From positions 564-64,563 of the forward strand of contig CANQVB010000001.1 in NCBI GenBank assembly GCA_947627225.1: a stretch of 64,000 bases of DNA. Direction: 5' to 3'. The translations under genes and the position numbers were made by a program. The notes under the pieces are model-generated. The model searched no databases and was not told where the DNA came from. It saw nothing but the letters and a program-made list of their open reading frames with translations. How positions within the stretch are numbered: position 1 is the first letter of the stretch; each line of letters starts with the position of its first letter. This stretch comes from an uncultured Bacilli bacterium (lineage in GTDB: Bacteria; Bacillota_I; Bacilli_A; RF39; UBA660). Below, piece after piece: positions 49,034 through 58,388 of this stretch.

Positions 49034-49120
49034 AGGAACATTCAATATCGCCTGTTGAGTGTTACTATATAATGTGCATCACCTAAATCATTATGCTTGA
49101 GTTAGGTGATTCTTTTATTT
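49034..49120 (+). ncRNA. Putative antisense sRNA convergent to the M2 small ORF
   Basis: The arrangement matches M1: a TAAAAT -10 at 49022..49027, then the hairpin tcacctaa...ttaggtga (49079..49109) followed by a T-rich tract. Confidence 0.3.
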
Positions 49121-49198
49121 TAGAATTACAAATAGCAATACTATAAGTAAAAGGATAATGATTATCAAAAAGAAAATTAGAAAATCTTTTTTTGACAT
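49115..49198 (-). CDS. Small hydrophobic peptide (27 aa, MSKKDFLIFFLIIIILLLIVLLFVILK), putative type I toxin (module M2)
   Basis: The SD GGGAGG precedes the ATG. It is the fourth paralog. Confidence 0.4.
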   Translation of the reverse strand: MSKKDFLIFFLIIIILLLIVLLFVILK

Positions 49199-49374
49199 CT
49201 TTTCACCTCCCTTCAATTCAGAAGCTCGGCAATCACCCAACTATTCAATGTTCCTAAAACAATCATAGCAAACGTTTGTTCTTTTAGCAACAACTAAATG
49301 ATTAAAAATAATACACATAGATGACACACTGTAATAACCTTCCTGTATGTTTTTTCTTGCCAAAAACAGTTACA

Positions 49375-50121
49375 TTAAGATTCTTTTAACTTGCTTTCTC
49401 CTGTTTTGTAATCGATTTCAATCCCTTGCTGTACATTATAGACAAAGACATTAAAGGAAATACCTTCTCCCTGATCTTCAATAGAATATGCTTCCATTTG
49501 TACCCCGCTTGCAAGTAGATTGGTTCCCTTAAAATAGGGCGTAACTCGATATAAAACATGATGATTTGTTTCTTTAATATAATTGGCTACTTCATTTTCA
49601 AAGGGAAGTTGTGATTTTGTATTCATTTCTCTTGTACACGTAATTAAGTTCTTGGCGTTGGCATTTTCTCCAGTTAACTGATAACCAATCAAGTGACAGC
49701 GATTATAAAGATATTTTCCGTCGACAATATCATACTTAATCGTATGCCATCCAGAAGGTTTAACCATTCCGATACTTCCTCTTTCTTCCTGTGGCATCAA
49801 TTCTTTAGATAGATTCGCAAAAGCAGGTCCACAACGACCTAGGGAATCTAAGTTGCTATAATTTTCAAGTGCATTCAAAGTCTTCTCTTCTTCCTTAAAT
49901 TGTGGCTGATTATCATTTAAAATAACATAAGGCTCTCCAAAATACTCTGGAATGTCACTGATCGCATAAGATTTTTGTAAAGTTGGTTCAAAAACAGGGC
50001 GCAATGCTTCTTGTAAATCTTTTTGATAATAACTTCCCAATCCCAAAAGAATGAGTAAACTGATAGGCACCGCCATTTTTTTTATGATTCTCTTCTGTTT
50101 ATATCGCCTATGTCTTGCCAT
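49375..50121 (-). CDS. Secreted DNA/RNA non-specific endonuclease-like protein (streptodornase/Endonuclease_NS_2-like)
   Basis: It has an N-terminal basic region and TM/signal (MAVPISLLILLGLG). The central KPSGWHTIKYD...YNRCHLIGYQLTGENANAKNLITCT resembles secreted phage or streptococcal DNases. This assignment is from memory of the family. Confidence 0.45.
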   Translation of the reverse strand: MARHRRYKQKRIIKKMAVPISLLILLGLGSYYQKDLQEALRPVFEPTLQKSYAISDIPEYFGEPYVILNDNQPQFKEEEKTLNALENYSNLDSLGRCGPAFANLSKELMPQEERGSIGMVKPSGWHTIKYDIVDGKYLYNRCHLIGYQLTGENANAKNLITCTREMNTKSQLPFENEVANYIKETNHHVLYRVTPYFKGTNLLASGVQMEAYSIEDQGEGISFNVFVYNVQQGIEIDYKTGESKLKES

Positions 50122-50234
50122 TTTACTTCCCTACCTTTTCCATTTTACTATAGCACCTTTTTAAAAAACATTCTATAAATTATATGAAAATTTGCCATTA
50201 TAAAAGGTTCTCCTCAAAAAGAAAAGGAGCAAAC

Positions 50235-53200
50235 TTATGCATCCTCATTTTCATATTTTAATAAATTCTTGATATCCTTTTCTGTTAGGGTTGAAAGCTC
50301 TATTCTATCTTTGGCATCCTTTTCGATCAGTTTGTCGCTCAAAGCTTGCTTTTTCTTTTGTAACTCTAAAATTCTCTCTTCTATAGTTCCTGTCGCAATC
50401 AACTTGATAATTTCAACGGTCTTTTTTTGTCCAATTCGATGGGCTCTATCTGTCGCTTGCTTTTCAGCTTGTGGATTCCACCACAAATCAAGGTGAATTA
50501 CAACATCAGCACTCGTTAAGTTTAGACCTGTCCCACCACTTTTTAACGTGATTAAAAATACATTGGTATCATCTTTATTAAACTTATCAACAAGCTCTTG
50601 TCGCATTTTTCCACTCACAGAACCATCCATTGTATAATAGCTGATTTTTTGTTTAGAGAATTCTTTACGCACAATTTCTAAAGCAGACTTGAAACTGGTA
50701 AATAACAAAATCTTGTGTCCATTTTCGACCACTTCTTTAACAACGCGCACCAAATTTTCAATTTTAGCACTTTCACCTTTATAGTTTTCATAGACAAGCC
50801 TTGGATCAATACAAAGTTGCCGCAAGCGCATTAGAAGTTGTAAAATATAGAAACGCGCTTGTTGGAACGATTCCGTTTCCAAAACTTTTTCCATTTCTTC
50901 TTTTACCTTTTTAATTTCAAGTGCATACAATTTTTTCTGTTCTTCACCCAAATCAATATAAATATTATTCTCAATCTTTGGTGGTAATTCTTTCAAGACA
51001 TCTTCTTTTTTTCTTCTTAGAATAAATGGAGAAATTAAACGACTTAAATTAGACAACTGTTTAGAAGCATCATCATTCATTTCTTGAAAACGGTAATGTT
51101 CATTGAATTTCTTTAAATTCGATAAGAATCCTGGCATAATAAAGTCAAAAATACTCCACAACTCTGCGATTGAATTTTCAAGAGGTGTACCTGTTAAGGC
51201 AAGTTTTGTCTCCGCTTGAATTTTCTTGACAGCTCTTGTACTTTTTGCAAGTGGATTCTTAATGTTTTGTGCCTCATCAATCACACAAATTTTAAAGTTC
51301 ATCTTGCTATATTCTTCAATGTCTTCCCGCAGTGTTCCATAGCTTGTAATAAAGACGCTTGCTTTGCTTTTTTGGATGGCACTTTTTCGCTTACATTTAT
51401 TTCCTACAAAAAGGGAAACTGGAATTTCTTTGCCAAACTTTTGAAACTCATTCCACCAGTTATAAACAAGTGCTGTAGGACAAACGATTAAAAACTTGCT
51501 ATCTTTATCTTCTTTTAATAACTTTTTAAAAAGATAAATCGTCTGAATAGATTTACCAAGCCCCATCTCATCTGCTAAAATACCACCCAAATCACATTTG
51601 TGAATGGTATAAAGCCAAGATACACCAACTTGTTGATATTCCCTTAAAAGTTCTTTTTCTTTTGCTGTAAACGAAAGCTTTACATCCTTATATTCTCTAA
51701 ACTTTTTAATAAACGCATCAAACAAATTATTTGTTTTAATTTGCAAATGACTGTCTTCTTTGATACTATCCAAATAAATGGCTTGGTACTTTGGAATTTC
51801 TCCAGAAGAAGATTTCATATCCAAATCCAAATTTTCCATCAAGGCACGCAGTTCATTTAAAGATTCATCTTCTAGGTTAACAATATCTCCACTTGAAAGT
51901 TTATGATATTTCTTTTTATGTTTGAGGGCACTCATGAGCCCAGAAATTTCACTGTTATCGACTTCTCCTAAATCAAAGTCATAACGCATGATATTATCTT
52001 GTCCAATCGAGAAAGTACTCGTAATTTTAAGATTTTTTCTCACATTCGTATTTTTCATCTTTTCAGATGTAAATACTGTGTACTTGCTCGCTAAACCTTC
52101 AAGTCCTTCTTCTAAGAAAAGGACCACAGATTCTAAGCCTTCTAACTGAATTTTATTTTTCTCAAGATCTAATTCAAAACCATAAGCGCTTAAATCTTGA
52201 ATCACTTCTTTTTCATAGGCCATATCTCGTAATACTTCATCTTCTTTGGCAAAATAGTCAATTTCTTGTTTGGCATAGCCCAATTTAATTTTACAAGTTA
52301 CATCCTCCCGATTCAAATCGAAATACAATTTTACATCTGGCTTTTTTATAATACTAATTTCCTTCAAATCTTCGCTGACTTCGACCTCATTTTTAACAAT
52401 CGGTAAAATACCCTCACTAAAAGAATGTAAATCTTTTTTCGAAAAGATGAGGCTATCCATATTATTTTGTTCCATAGTTTTCAAAAATTTTCTATAATCT
52501 TGATTTAAGTGGTAGGCTTTATTTTGATAAAGAATATATTCATAATTTTCTGTGAGTGGAACAACTTCTTTTTCAAGATCTAGTTTTAAAATATAATCAC
52601 TTTTTTCTTTGGAAAGGGCAATCTTAATAGGCATTTCTTCTAGGAAACCATGGTATGGACCAAAAGAATTTATATAGAAATCTTTCTTTAAAAATAGACT
52701 TAAGAAGCGAGGCCAAAATTTGGCGGGAACATCAATATCTCCATAACGAAAGGAACAGTAATGTTGAAGAAAAGCCAAAATTTCTTCATCTTCATCGCTA
52801 AAATAATAGTTTCGTGGATTATAGGTAAAATTCTTTCCAAAAGAAACTTCTCCAACCCCTTGGGTATAGGCATCCATAAAACGACTGTATTTGTTTCCTA
52901 AGGTATAGAGTTTTGAATCACCGAGTTTAATTTTTAGAATCCACCTTGTCTCACCCCAGTAGGTTTCATGTTGTTCAAAATAGTATGCAACTGTAAGCTT
53001 CTTTTTCACTACACCTGATGATTTTTCCTTGGAAAAAAGGGATAAGATTTGCTGCGATACTTTTCGGACATCCTTTTTCACTTCATCTAAAAGAAGGGGT
53101 TCATAATATTTAATGACTGCGGGAATGTGTTCACAGGAATCTTTTACTAAAAAATCTCGACAAGTACAACGCATTCTAACAATTCTTTGCTGAATTACAT

Positions 53201-53420
53201 AAAACTTTACAGTCTCTCTTTGGTGGCTGTATAGATCTTTAACAGAAAATATAAAATTGAAAACGCTGCTTGTTGTATCTTTCTTTACGAATGTAACATC
53301 TTCTTTTTCATAAAAATTAGCTTCCTCCCAATCATATCTAAGAATAAAGGGTTGCAACTGACGTTTTAAACTTTCTTTCATATACTTCATCTCAACTTCG
53401 TGTCCTACTATAGCAAACAA
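50235..53420 (-). CDS. SNF2-family helicase with an N-terminal SWIM zinc finger (YwqA-like)
   Basis: SWIM: CTCRDFLVKDSCEH. SNF2 ATPase: GGILADEMGLGKSIQTI and DEAQNIKN. Helicase C: LKSGGTGLNLTSADVVIHLDLWWNPQ. The true start is uncertain (possibly MKYMKE at 53390). Confidence 0.8.
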   Translation of the reverse strand: MFAIVGHEVEMKYMKESLKRQLQPFILRYDWEEANFYEKEDVTFVKKDTTSSVFNFIFSVKDLYSHQRETVKFYVIQQRIVRMRCTCRDFLVKDSCEHIPAVIKYYEPLLLDEVKKDVRKVSQQILSLFSKEKSSGVVKKKLTVAYYFEQHETYWGETRWILKIKLGDSKLYTLGNKYSRFMDAYTQGVGEVSFGKNFTYNPRNYYFSDEDEEILAFLQHYCSFRYGDIDVPAKFWPRFLSLFLKKDFYINSFGPYHGFLEEMPIKIALSKEKSDYILKLDLEKEVVPLTENYEYILYQNKAYHLNQDYRKFLKTMEQNNMDSLIFSKKDLHSFSEGILPIVKNEVEVSEDLKEISIIKKPDVKLYFDLNREDVTCKIKLGYAKQEIDYFAKEDEVLRDMAYEKEVIQDLSAYGFELDLEKNKIQLEGLESVVLFLEEGLEGLASKYTVFTSEKMKNTNVRKNLKITSTFSIGQDNIMRYDFDLGEVDNSEISGLMSALKHKKKYHKLSSGDIVNLEDESLNELRALMENLDLDMKSSSGEIPKYQAIYLDSIKEDSHLQIKTNNLFDAFIKKFREYKDVKLSFTAKEKELLREYQQVGVSWLYTIHKCDLGGILADEMGLGKSIQTIYLFKKLLKEDKDSKFLIVCPTALVYNWWNEFQKFGKEIPVSLFVGNKCKRKSAIQKSKASVFITSYGTLREDIEEYSKMNFKICVIDEAQNIKNPLAKSTRAVKKIQAETKLALTGTPLENSIAELWSIFDFIMPGFLSNLKKFNEHYRFQEMNDDASKQLSNLSRLISPFILRRKKEDVLKELPPKIENNIYIDLGEEQKKLYALEIKKVKEEMEKVLETESFQQARFYILQLLMRLRQLCIDPRLVYENYKGESAKIENLVRVVKEVVENGHKILLFTSFKSALEIVRKEFSKQKISYYTMDGSVSGKMRQELVDKFNKDDTNVFLITLKSGGTGLNLTSADVVIHLDLWWNPQAEKQATDRAHRIGQKKTVEIIKLIATGTIEERILELQKKKQALSDKLIEKDAKDRIELSTLTEKDIKNLLKYENEDA

Positions 53421-53511
53421 ATGTACTTTTGTAAAGGGGCATTTATACTTTATAAGAAAAATCCACCCAATTTAGCCAATTCGGTGGAAAAAAGTATTTC
53501 TTTATTTTAAT

Positions 53512-54726
53512 TTATCTTCCATACCAAGAAGTTGGAAGATTAAGAAGACTTTGCGCACCTTTAAATCCATTGTTATAGCGGCGCATAATATAGTTAGACC
53601 AACTATTCCAGGTAGCACATTGTCCATCCATTGGATCATACAGTCTACAGTCTGCGACTTCTAAGTGTAAGTGTACACCATAGGCCCAACCTGTATCTCC
53701 CATACCACCTAAAACGGTGTTCTGATCAACAATTCTTCCTTTATAAAGACCACCTGAAACCCAGTCCATATGTACATAGAGGGAACTATAATTTCTTCCA
53801 TCAGGTCCGACGTGATAAACAACAACTAAGTTGGCTCCATAATAATCTTGTCCAACATAACCAATGGTACCAGGTGCAATTGGATAAATGTAAGTTCCCC
53901 TTCCACTTGGACTCGTAAGGTCAATTCCTTGATGGAAATTACTTCCCGCTGCAGAGAAATCACGATAACCCATATAACTACTAATGCGCCCATTTTCTAA
54001 CGGACGATACCAACCTGCTGTTGGCACAGTTTGATTGACAGCACAAGTAACTCCAATCACATCACTGGCACCACAACCTAGATTTTGATACATCTTGACG
54101 GTATCTTGGTAGATTTTTAACTGTTTACTTGAACTAATGGCTCCAGATTGAATGCTTACTTTTTGTCCTTCCAAAGAAGAAATCTTCTGTCCCAAAAGAA
54201 CTTTTTTCTCTTCCATTTCTTTCTGTCCTTTTTCTAGTTCTTTTTTCTTCTTCTTATTCTCTTCAATCATTCCTTCAAGTTCATGAATGGTATTGTCATT
54301 ATATTCTGTCATCTGTTCGACTAAACTCATTCGGTAAATCATATCTGTAATATCCGTTGCACCAAAAGCATATTCCAAGTAGGCATTTTCTCCATCGGCG
54401 ATTTGTAAATATTGGAACAAGTCTTTTGTCTCTAAGCTTTTCTGTTTGATATCTTGATTAAATTGTTCGATTTCTTGTTGTTTTTGTTCTGCTTCTTCCA
54501 TCATGCTTTGAATTTCATTTTGTAAGGTAGAAATCTCTCCCTTAATTGCTCTAATTTCAGCATCTGTCTTTTGCACTTCGGCATTGGCAGAATCCACTTC
54601 TGCTTGGTATTTATTGACTTTATCAATATAGTCTTGCAATGTTGTAGCGCCAACTTCCGTAGGTAGTGCAAATACGGAAAGTAAGAAGGATGCGACCAAC
54701 ACGCTGTGTAAGATTTTCTTCATCAT
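53512..54726 (-). CDS. M23 family peptidoglycan endopeptidase with an N-terminal coiled-coil (PcsB/EnvC-like), downstream of ftsEX
   Basis: A signal peptide is followed by long heptad-rich coiled-coil segments and a LytM domain with HQGIDL and HLHLEV metal-binding motifs. Confidence 0.8.
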   Translation of the reverse strand: MMKKILHSVLVASFLLSVFALPTEVGATTLQDYIDKVNKYQAEVDSANAEVQKTDAEIRAIKGEISTLQNEIQSMMEEAEQKQQEIEQFNQDIKQKSLETKDLFQYLQIADGENAYLEYAFGATDITDMIYRMSLVEQMTEYNDNTIHELEGMIEENKKKKKELEKGQKEMEEKKVLLGQKISSLEGQKVSIQSGAISSSKQLKIYQDTVKMYQNLGCGASDVIGVTCAVNQTVPTAGWYRPLENGRISSYMGYRDFSAAGSNFHQGIDLTSPSGRGTYIYPIAPGTIGYVGQDYYGANLVVVYHVGPDGRNYSSLYVHMDWVSGGLYKGRIVDQNTVLGGMGDTGWAYGVHLHLEVADCRLYDPMDGQCATWNSWSNYIMRRYNNGFKGAQSLLNLPTSWYGR

Positions 54727-55622
54727 ACTTTTAAATACTTCCTTACGGCACTTGCACTACCAATCATGCCGACGAGCATTCCAATGCCAACAACCATCAA
54801 AGAAACAAGATAGATAAATGGTTCTGGTTTGATCAGCTGAATTAACTCTGAGAATAAGTAGCCATCAAAATGATTATAGAAAGCAAGGTATCCAAAGAGA
54901 ACCAAACAAACAGGAACAATCGCACCAATTAAACCTAGAATCATTCCTTCTACAATAAATGGTGTTTTAATCGTAAAGTTGCTTGCGCCAACAAGACGCA
55001 TAATTGAAATTTCCCGTTTTCTTGAGAAGATGGTTAACTTAATGGTATTGATAATTAAAAATACTGTGACAACAACAAGGGCAATCACAATCCCATAAGC
55101 TACTTTTTCAATTGACTTGAAGGCTGTGACCATTTGATCGACCATACCTTCTCCATAACGCACAACCGCAACGCCTTCTATCTTCTTAATTTTATTGGCT
55201 GTTTTACTGATTTTTTCAATGTCCTTTACTTTGACTTGAAAAGTGTCCTTTAATGGATTACTTTCACTATCCCAATCTTGCATGATGGTATTGAAAATAT
55301 CTGACTCTTTCTGCATTTCTTCTTTTACAGTCTCTTTTCCCTTGAACACATAAGACTCTACATTTGCCATCTTCTTAATTTTCTTTTCAATCGTTTTCAC
55401 TTGATCTTCTTCCACCTTGTTATCCACAAAGACAACAATCGTCATATCTTTTTCAATTTCTTTGGTAAAGTTTTCTACATTAAAGGATGCCAAAATAGAA
55501 ATTGCCACGATGATTAGTGTAATGGTAATACAAGAAATAGAGGCAAGAGATAAGGAAAAGTTTCGAAAGACACTTTTAAAAGCATCTCGAACACTTCTAC
55601 CTAGCATTCTAAAAAGCTTCAT
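54723..55622 (-). CDS. ftsX: Cell division permease FtsX
   Basis: The 299 aa product has four TM segments with a large first extracellular loop. It overlaps ftsE and the M23 gene. Confidence 0.85.
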   Translation of the reverse strand: MKLFRMLGRSVRDAFKSVFRNFSLSLASISCITITLIIVAISILASFNVENFTKEIEKDMTIVVFVDNKVEEDQVKTIEKKIKKMANVESYVFKGKETVKEEMQKESDIFNTIMQDWDSESNPLKDTFQVKVKDIEKISKTANKIKKIEGVAVVRYGEGMVDQMVTAFKSIEKVAYGIVIALVVVTVFLIINTIKLTIFSRKREISIMRLVGASNFTIKTPFIVEGMILGLIGAIVPVCLVLFGYLAFYNHFDGYLFSELIQLIKPEPFIYLVSLMVVGIGMLVGMIGSASAVRKYLKV

Positions 55623-56304
55623 CGTAAGTCCCCCTTTCTTGTTGTTTTACAAGACGTCCATCTTTTAGGACAATGACTTGTTTTTTCATTTTGTTGACAA
55701 TTTCTTTATCATGCGTTGCCATAATCACTGTTGTTCCACAAGTCTTGTTGATTTCTTCTAAGACTTTTACAATTTCAATGGAACGATCTGGATCTAGATT
55801 TCCTGTTGGTTCATCACAAAGCAAAAGTTTTGGTTCGTTGACAATGGCTCTTGCAATCGCAACACGTTGTTGTTCTCCACCAGACAATTGATCTGGATAG
55901 TTGTGAATTTTATTTTTAAGACCAACAAGCTCTAGGGCTTTCAACACTTTCCTTCTGGTTTCATCCTTTTTAGCACCAATCACTTCCATCGCAAAAGCTA
56001 CATTTTCATAGACATTTAGCTTAGGAAGAAGTCGATAATCTTGGAAGACAATTCCAAGCTTTCTTCTTAATTTATAGACTTTTTTATTCCGAAGCTTCGC
56101 CACATTTACACCACCTACAATGATGGAACCTGTCGTAGGTTTCTCCTCCCGGTAGAGCATTTTTATGAAGGTACTTTTTCCACTTCCACTTCCACCAATT
56201 ACGAAAGCAAAAGATCCCTTTTTAATTGACAAGTTTAAATCATAGATGGCTGTGACGCCGTTTTTATATCGTTTACTGACATTCTTAAGACGAATTAAAT
56301 CCAT
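55609..56304 (-). CDS. ftsE: Cell division ATP-binding protein FtsE
   Basis: Walker A GGSGSGKST, signature LSGGEQQR and Walker B LLLCDEP are present. The start is taken at MDLIRL after an AGGTGA SD; the track ORF extends to 56313. Confidence 0.9.
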   Translation of the reverse strand: MDLIRLKNVSKRYKNGVTAIYDLNLSIKKGSFAFVIGGSGSGKSTFIKMLYREEKPTTGSIIVGGVNVAKLRNKKVYKLRRKLGIVFQDYRLLPKLNVYENVAFAMEVIGAKKDETRRKVLKALELVGLKNKIHNYPDQLSGGEQQRVAIARAIVNEPKLLLCDEPTGNLDPDRSIEIVKVLEEINKTCGTTVIMATHDKEIVNKMKKQVIVLKDGRLVKQQERGTYDEAF

Positions 56305-56418
56305 GCACATCACCTTCTATCTAAGTCATTATAGCATACAATGCGACAAATTGTAACAGGAAACGACTGGAAAAGAGGGGAAACTGTAAACTCCGATACA
56401 AACACTTCCACCATTGAA

Positions 56419-56506
56419 GTTTAAACTTGCACATTCTTTTTCTAGAAAAATTAAAGAAACATGAACAAAAAGAAAACAAAATTTAATAAATTCAGTTAAA
56501 ATTCAT
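56419..56506. repeat. Direct repeat of about 88 bp, copy 1 (ttctagaaaaattaaagaaacatgaacaaaaagaaaacaaaatt...)
   Basis: It is near-identical to 58185..58272. The pair brackets a 1.7-kb AT-rich two-gene segment. Confidence 0.6.
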
Positions 56507-56894
56507 AAAAACACATATACTTTGCATATAAATACACCCATTTTTTGCATCAAAAAAACGGAGAAACTATAAAAAGTTTTAATCTCCGCCTGATGCCATC
56601 ACATATCCTGTTTTTTATTGTGACATTGCATTTTTCTGTAAAATTTCAAATTATTAATTGCTCCATTTTTATTTATTATTCATACTTTTAAATTTCTTAT
56701 AATCTTTTAAAGTACTATCAAAATTGAAAAATTGAACATTGTTTCCGCAATTAGGACATTTCATAATTCTTATATCATTTTTATCTTTAACAAGTGATTC
56801 GTATTTTTCAATTTCCTCAAATTTTATTGAAAATGGAGTTTAACATTTCTGCATTTAATTGTTCTACTGCTGAATATTTATATGATATTGTTCT

Positions 56895-57344
56895 TTAACA
56901 CTTTATCATCTTTACATGCTCCTTTTTCTTATTTGTAATTTTATTAAATGTGTTGTTTCGTTTTTTTATAATATCTACTATATAAACATATAAAATAATA
57001 ATAAAAATTATAAAGTAAATTGATGAATATACAAATGCAGAACGATGTGTTAAATGTGTTCCTAATTGTTTAAAAGTGACATACCCAGAATTATTTCTCC
57101 ATTGTATTGATTCAATAAATGATAAGTGAATATTTTTATTCCAAACCATTTTTTTGCCATTATTGTATGAAACATAATATTCTGAGTAACCAATAAGAAA
57201 ATGATTATCTAAAGTTACATGAAGTTCCCTTTCTTTTCCAAATATGTATGTACATATATTAATTATACTATATATAAACAAATATCCGAAAATAGCAATT
57301 ATCATAAATTGGATTATTTTATTTTTTATTTTATTGTTTCTCAT
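56895..57344 (-). CDS. Hypothetical membrane protein
   Basis: The 149 aa product has two TM segments and very AT-rich codon usage. Confidence 0.4.
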   Translation of the reverse strand: MRNNKIKNKIIQFMIIAIFGYLFIYSIINICTYIFGKERELHVTLDNHFLIGYSEYYVSYNNGKKMVWNKNIHLSFIESIQWRNNSGYVTFKQLGTHLTHRSAFVYSSIYFIIFIIILYVYIVDIIKKRNNTFNKITNKKKEHVKMIKC

Positions 57345-57368
57345 TTTGTCTCCATCATATAAAATCTA

Positions 57369-58025
57369 CTAATTATTTTCAACACTAACTTTTACAGGCG
57401 AATGAGAATCAATTTCATTAACAAAATCTATATTTGAATTAAGCCTAGTGTAAAAATATGCAATAGAGTCGACAGTTTTGTGATATGTTGGATTTTTAGG
57501 CAAACTTCCATCTTTATTATAGTCGTACCAAATTCCTTCAAATATTCCATAAATATTTATTCTTTGTATGTTTTTTCTAAACTGAATTTTGTGTATATCT
57601 TTGTAATAAAACTTATCATACATCATTCTAGTAACCTTTGGATTAAAATATTTCTTTTCCCAATATACTACTAAATAATCATTATAAAATCTTAATTCCA
57701 TTGGTGATGGTATCTTTTCGTATTTACCAGTAAACATTATACCTAATGCTAGAGAAATTAACAAAATTCTTGCCGTCCAAGATAATTCCAAAAATAAGTT
57801 ATCTTGAAATATAAAAGAACCTATAATAATTATTGCAATAATTATTATAACCGCTTTTTTAATTTTACTATTCTTATCATTTACTTTTTTTAAATCAACA
57901 TCATTAAATTTAAGAATATAATTTGGTTTTTCTTCTCTGTTCTCATTAATATTTGTTAGCGGACTATCAGACATTTCATTATTACTTTGCATATTTTGAT
58001 TTAAGTTATTTAAATCTTGATTCAT
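57369..58025 (-). CDS. Hypothetical membrane protein
   Basis: The 218 aa product has an N/Q-rich N-terminus and two TM segments. It is very AT-rich. Confidence 0.4.
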   Translation of the reverse strand: MNQDLNNLNQNMQSNNEMSDSPLTNINENREEKPNYILKFNDVDLKKVNDKNSKIKKAVIIIIAIIIIGSFIFQDNLFLELSWTARILLISLALGIMFTGKYEKIPSPMELRFYNDYLVVYWEKKYFNPKVTRMMYDKFYYKDIHKIQFRKNIQRINIYGIFEGIWYDYNKDGSLPKNPTYHKTVDSIAYFYTRLNSNIDFVNEIDSHSPVKVSVENN

Positions 58026-58184
58026 TGTATCACACTGCCTCTCTATTGTTTATTTTATCATATATTTCTAAAATTCAATAAAAAATATTGTAATTTAGTT
58101 AATATTTACTTTACAATTATTTGGTCAAATGCAAATGAATTTATTATAAAATGTGCATAACCTTTTTAGTAATCGTGTCATTGA

Positions 58185-58272
58185 GTTTTAAACTCGCACA
58201 TTTTTTTCTAGAAAAATTAAAGAAACATGAACAAAAAGAAAACAAAATTCCATAAATTCAGTTAAAATTCAT
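58185..58272. repeat. Direct repeat of about 88 bp, copy 2
   Basis: It matches 56419..56506. It is preceded by a near-palindrome gagttttaaactc. Confidence 0.6.
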
Positions 58273-58388
58273 ATATGCTAATTGCACCATTTTTATATTT
58301 CAAATTGAAATATAAATCAAATAAATTAAAACAAACAATACCTTTTTATTTACATTTAAATCATTTTCCAATACAACATAAAAATATT

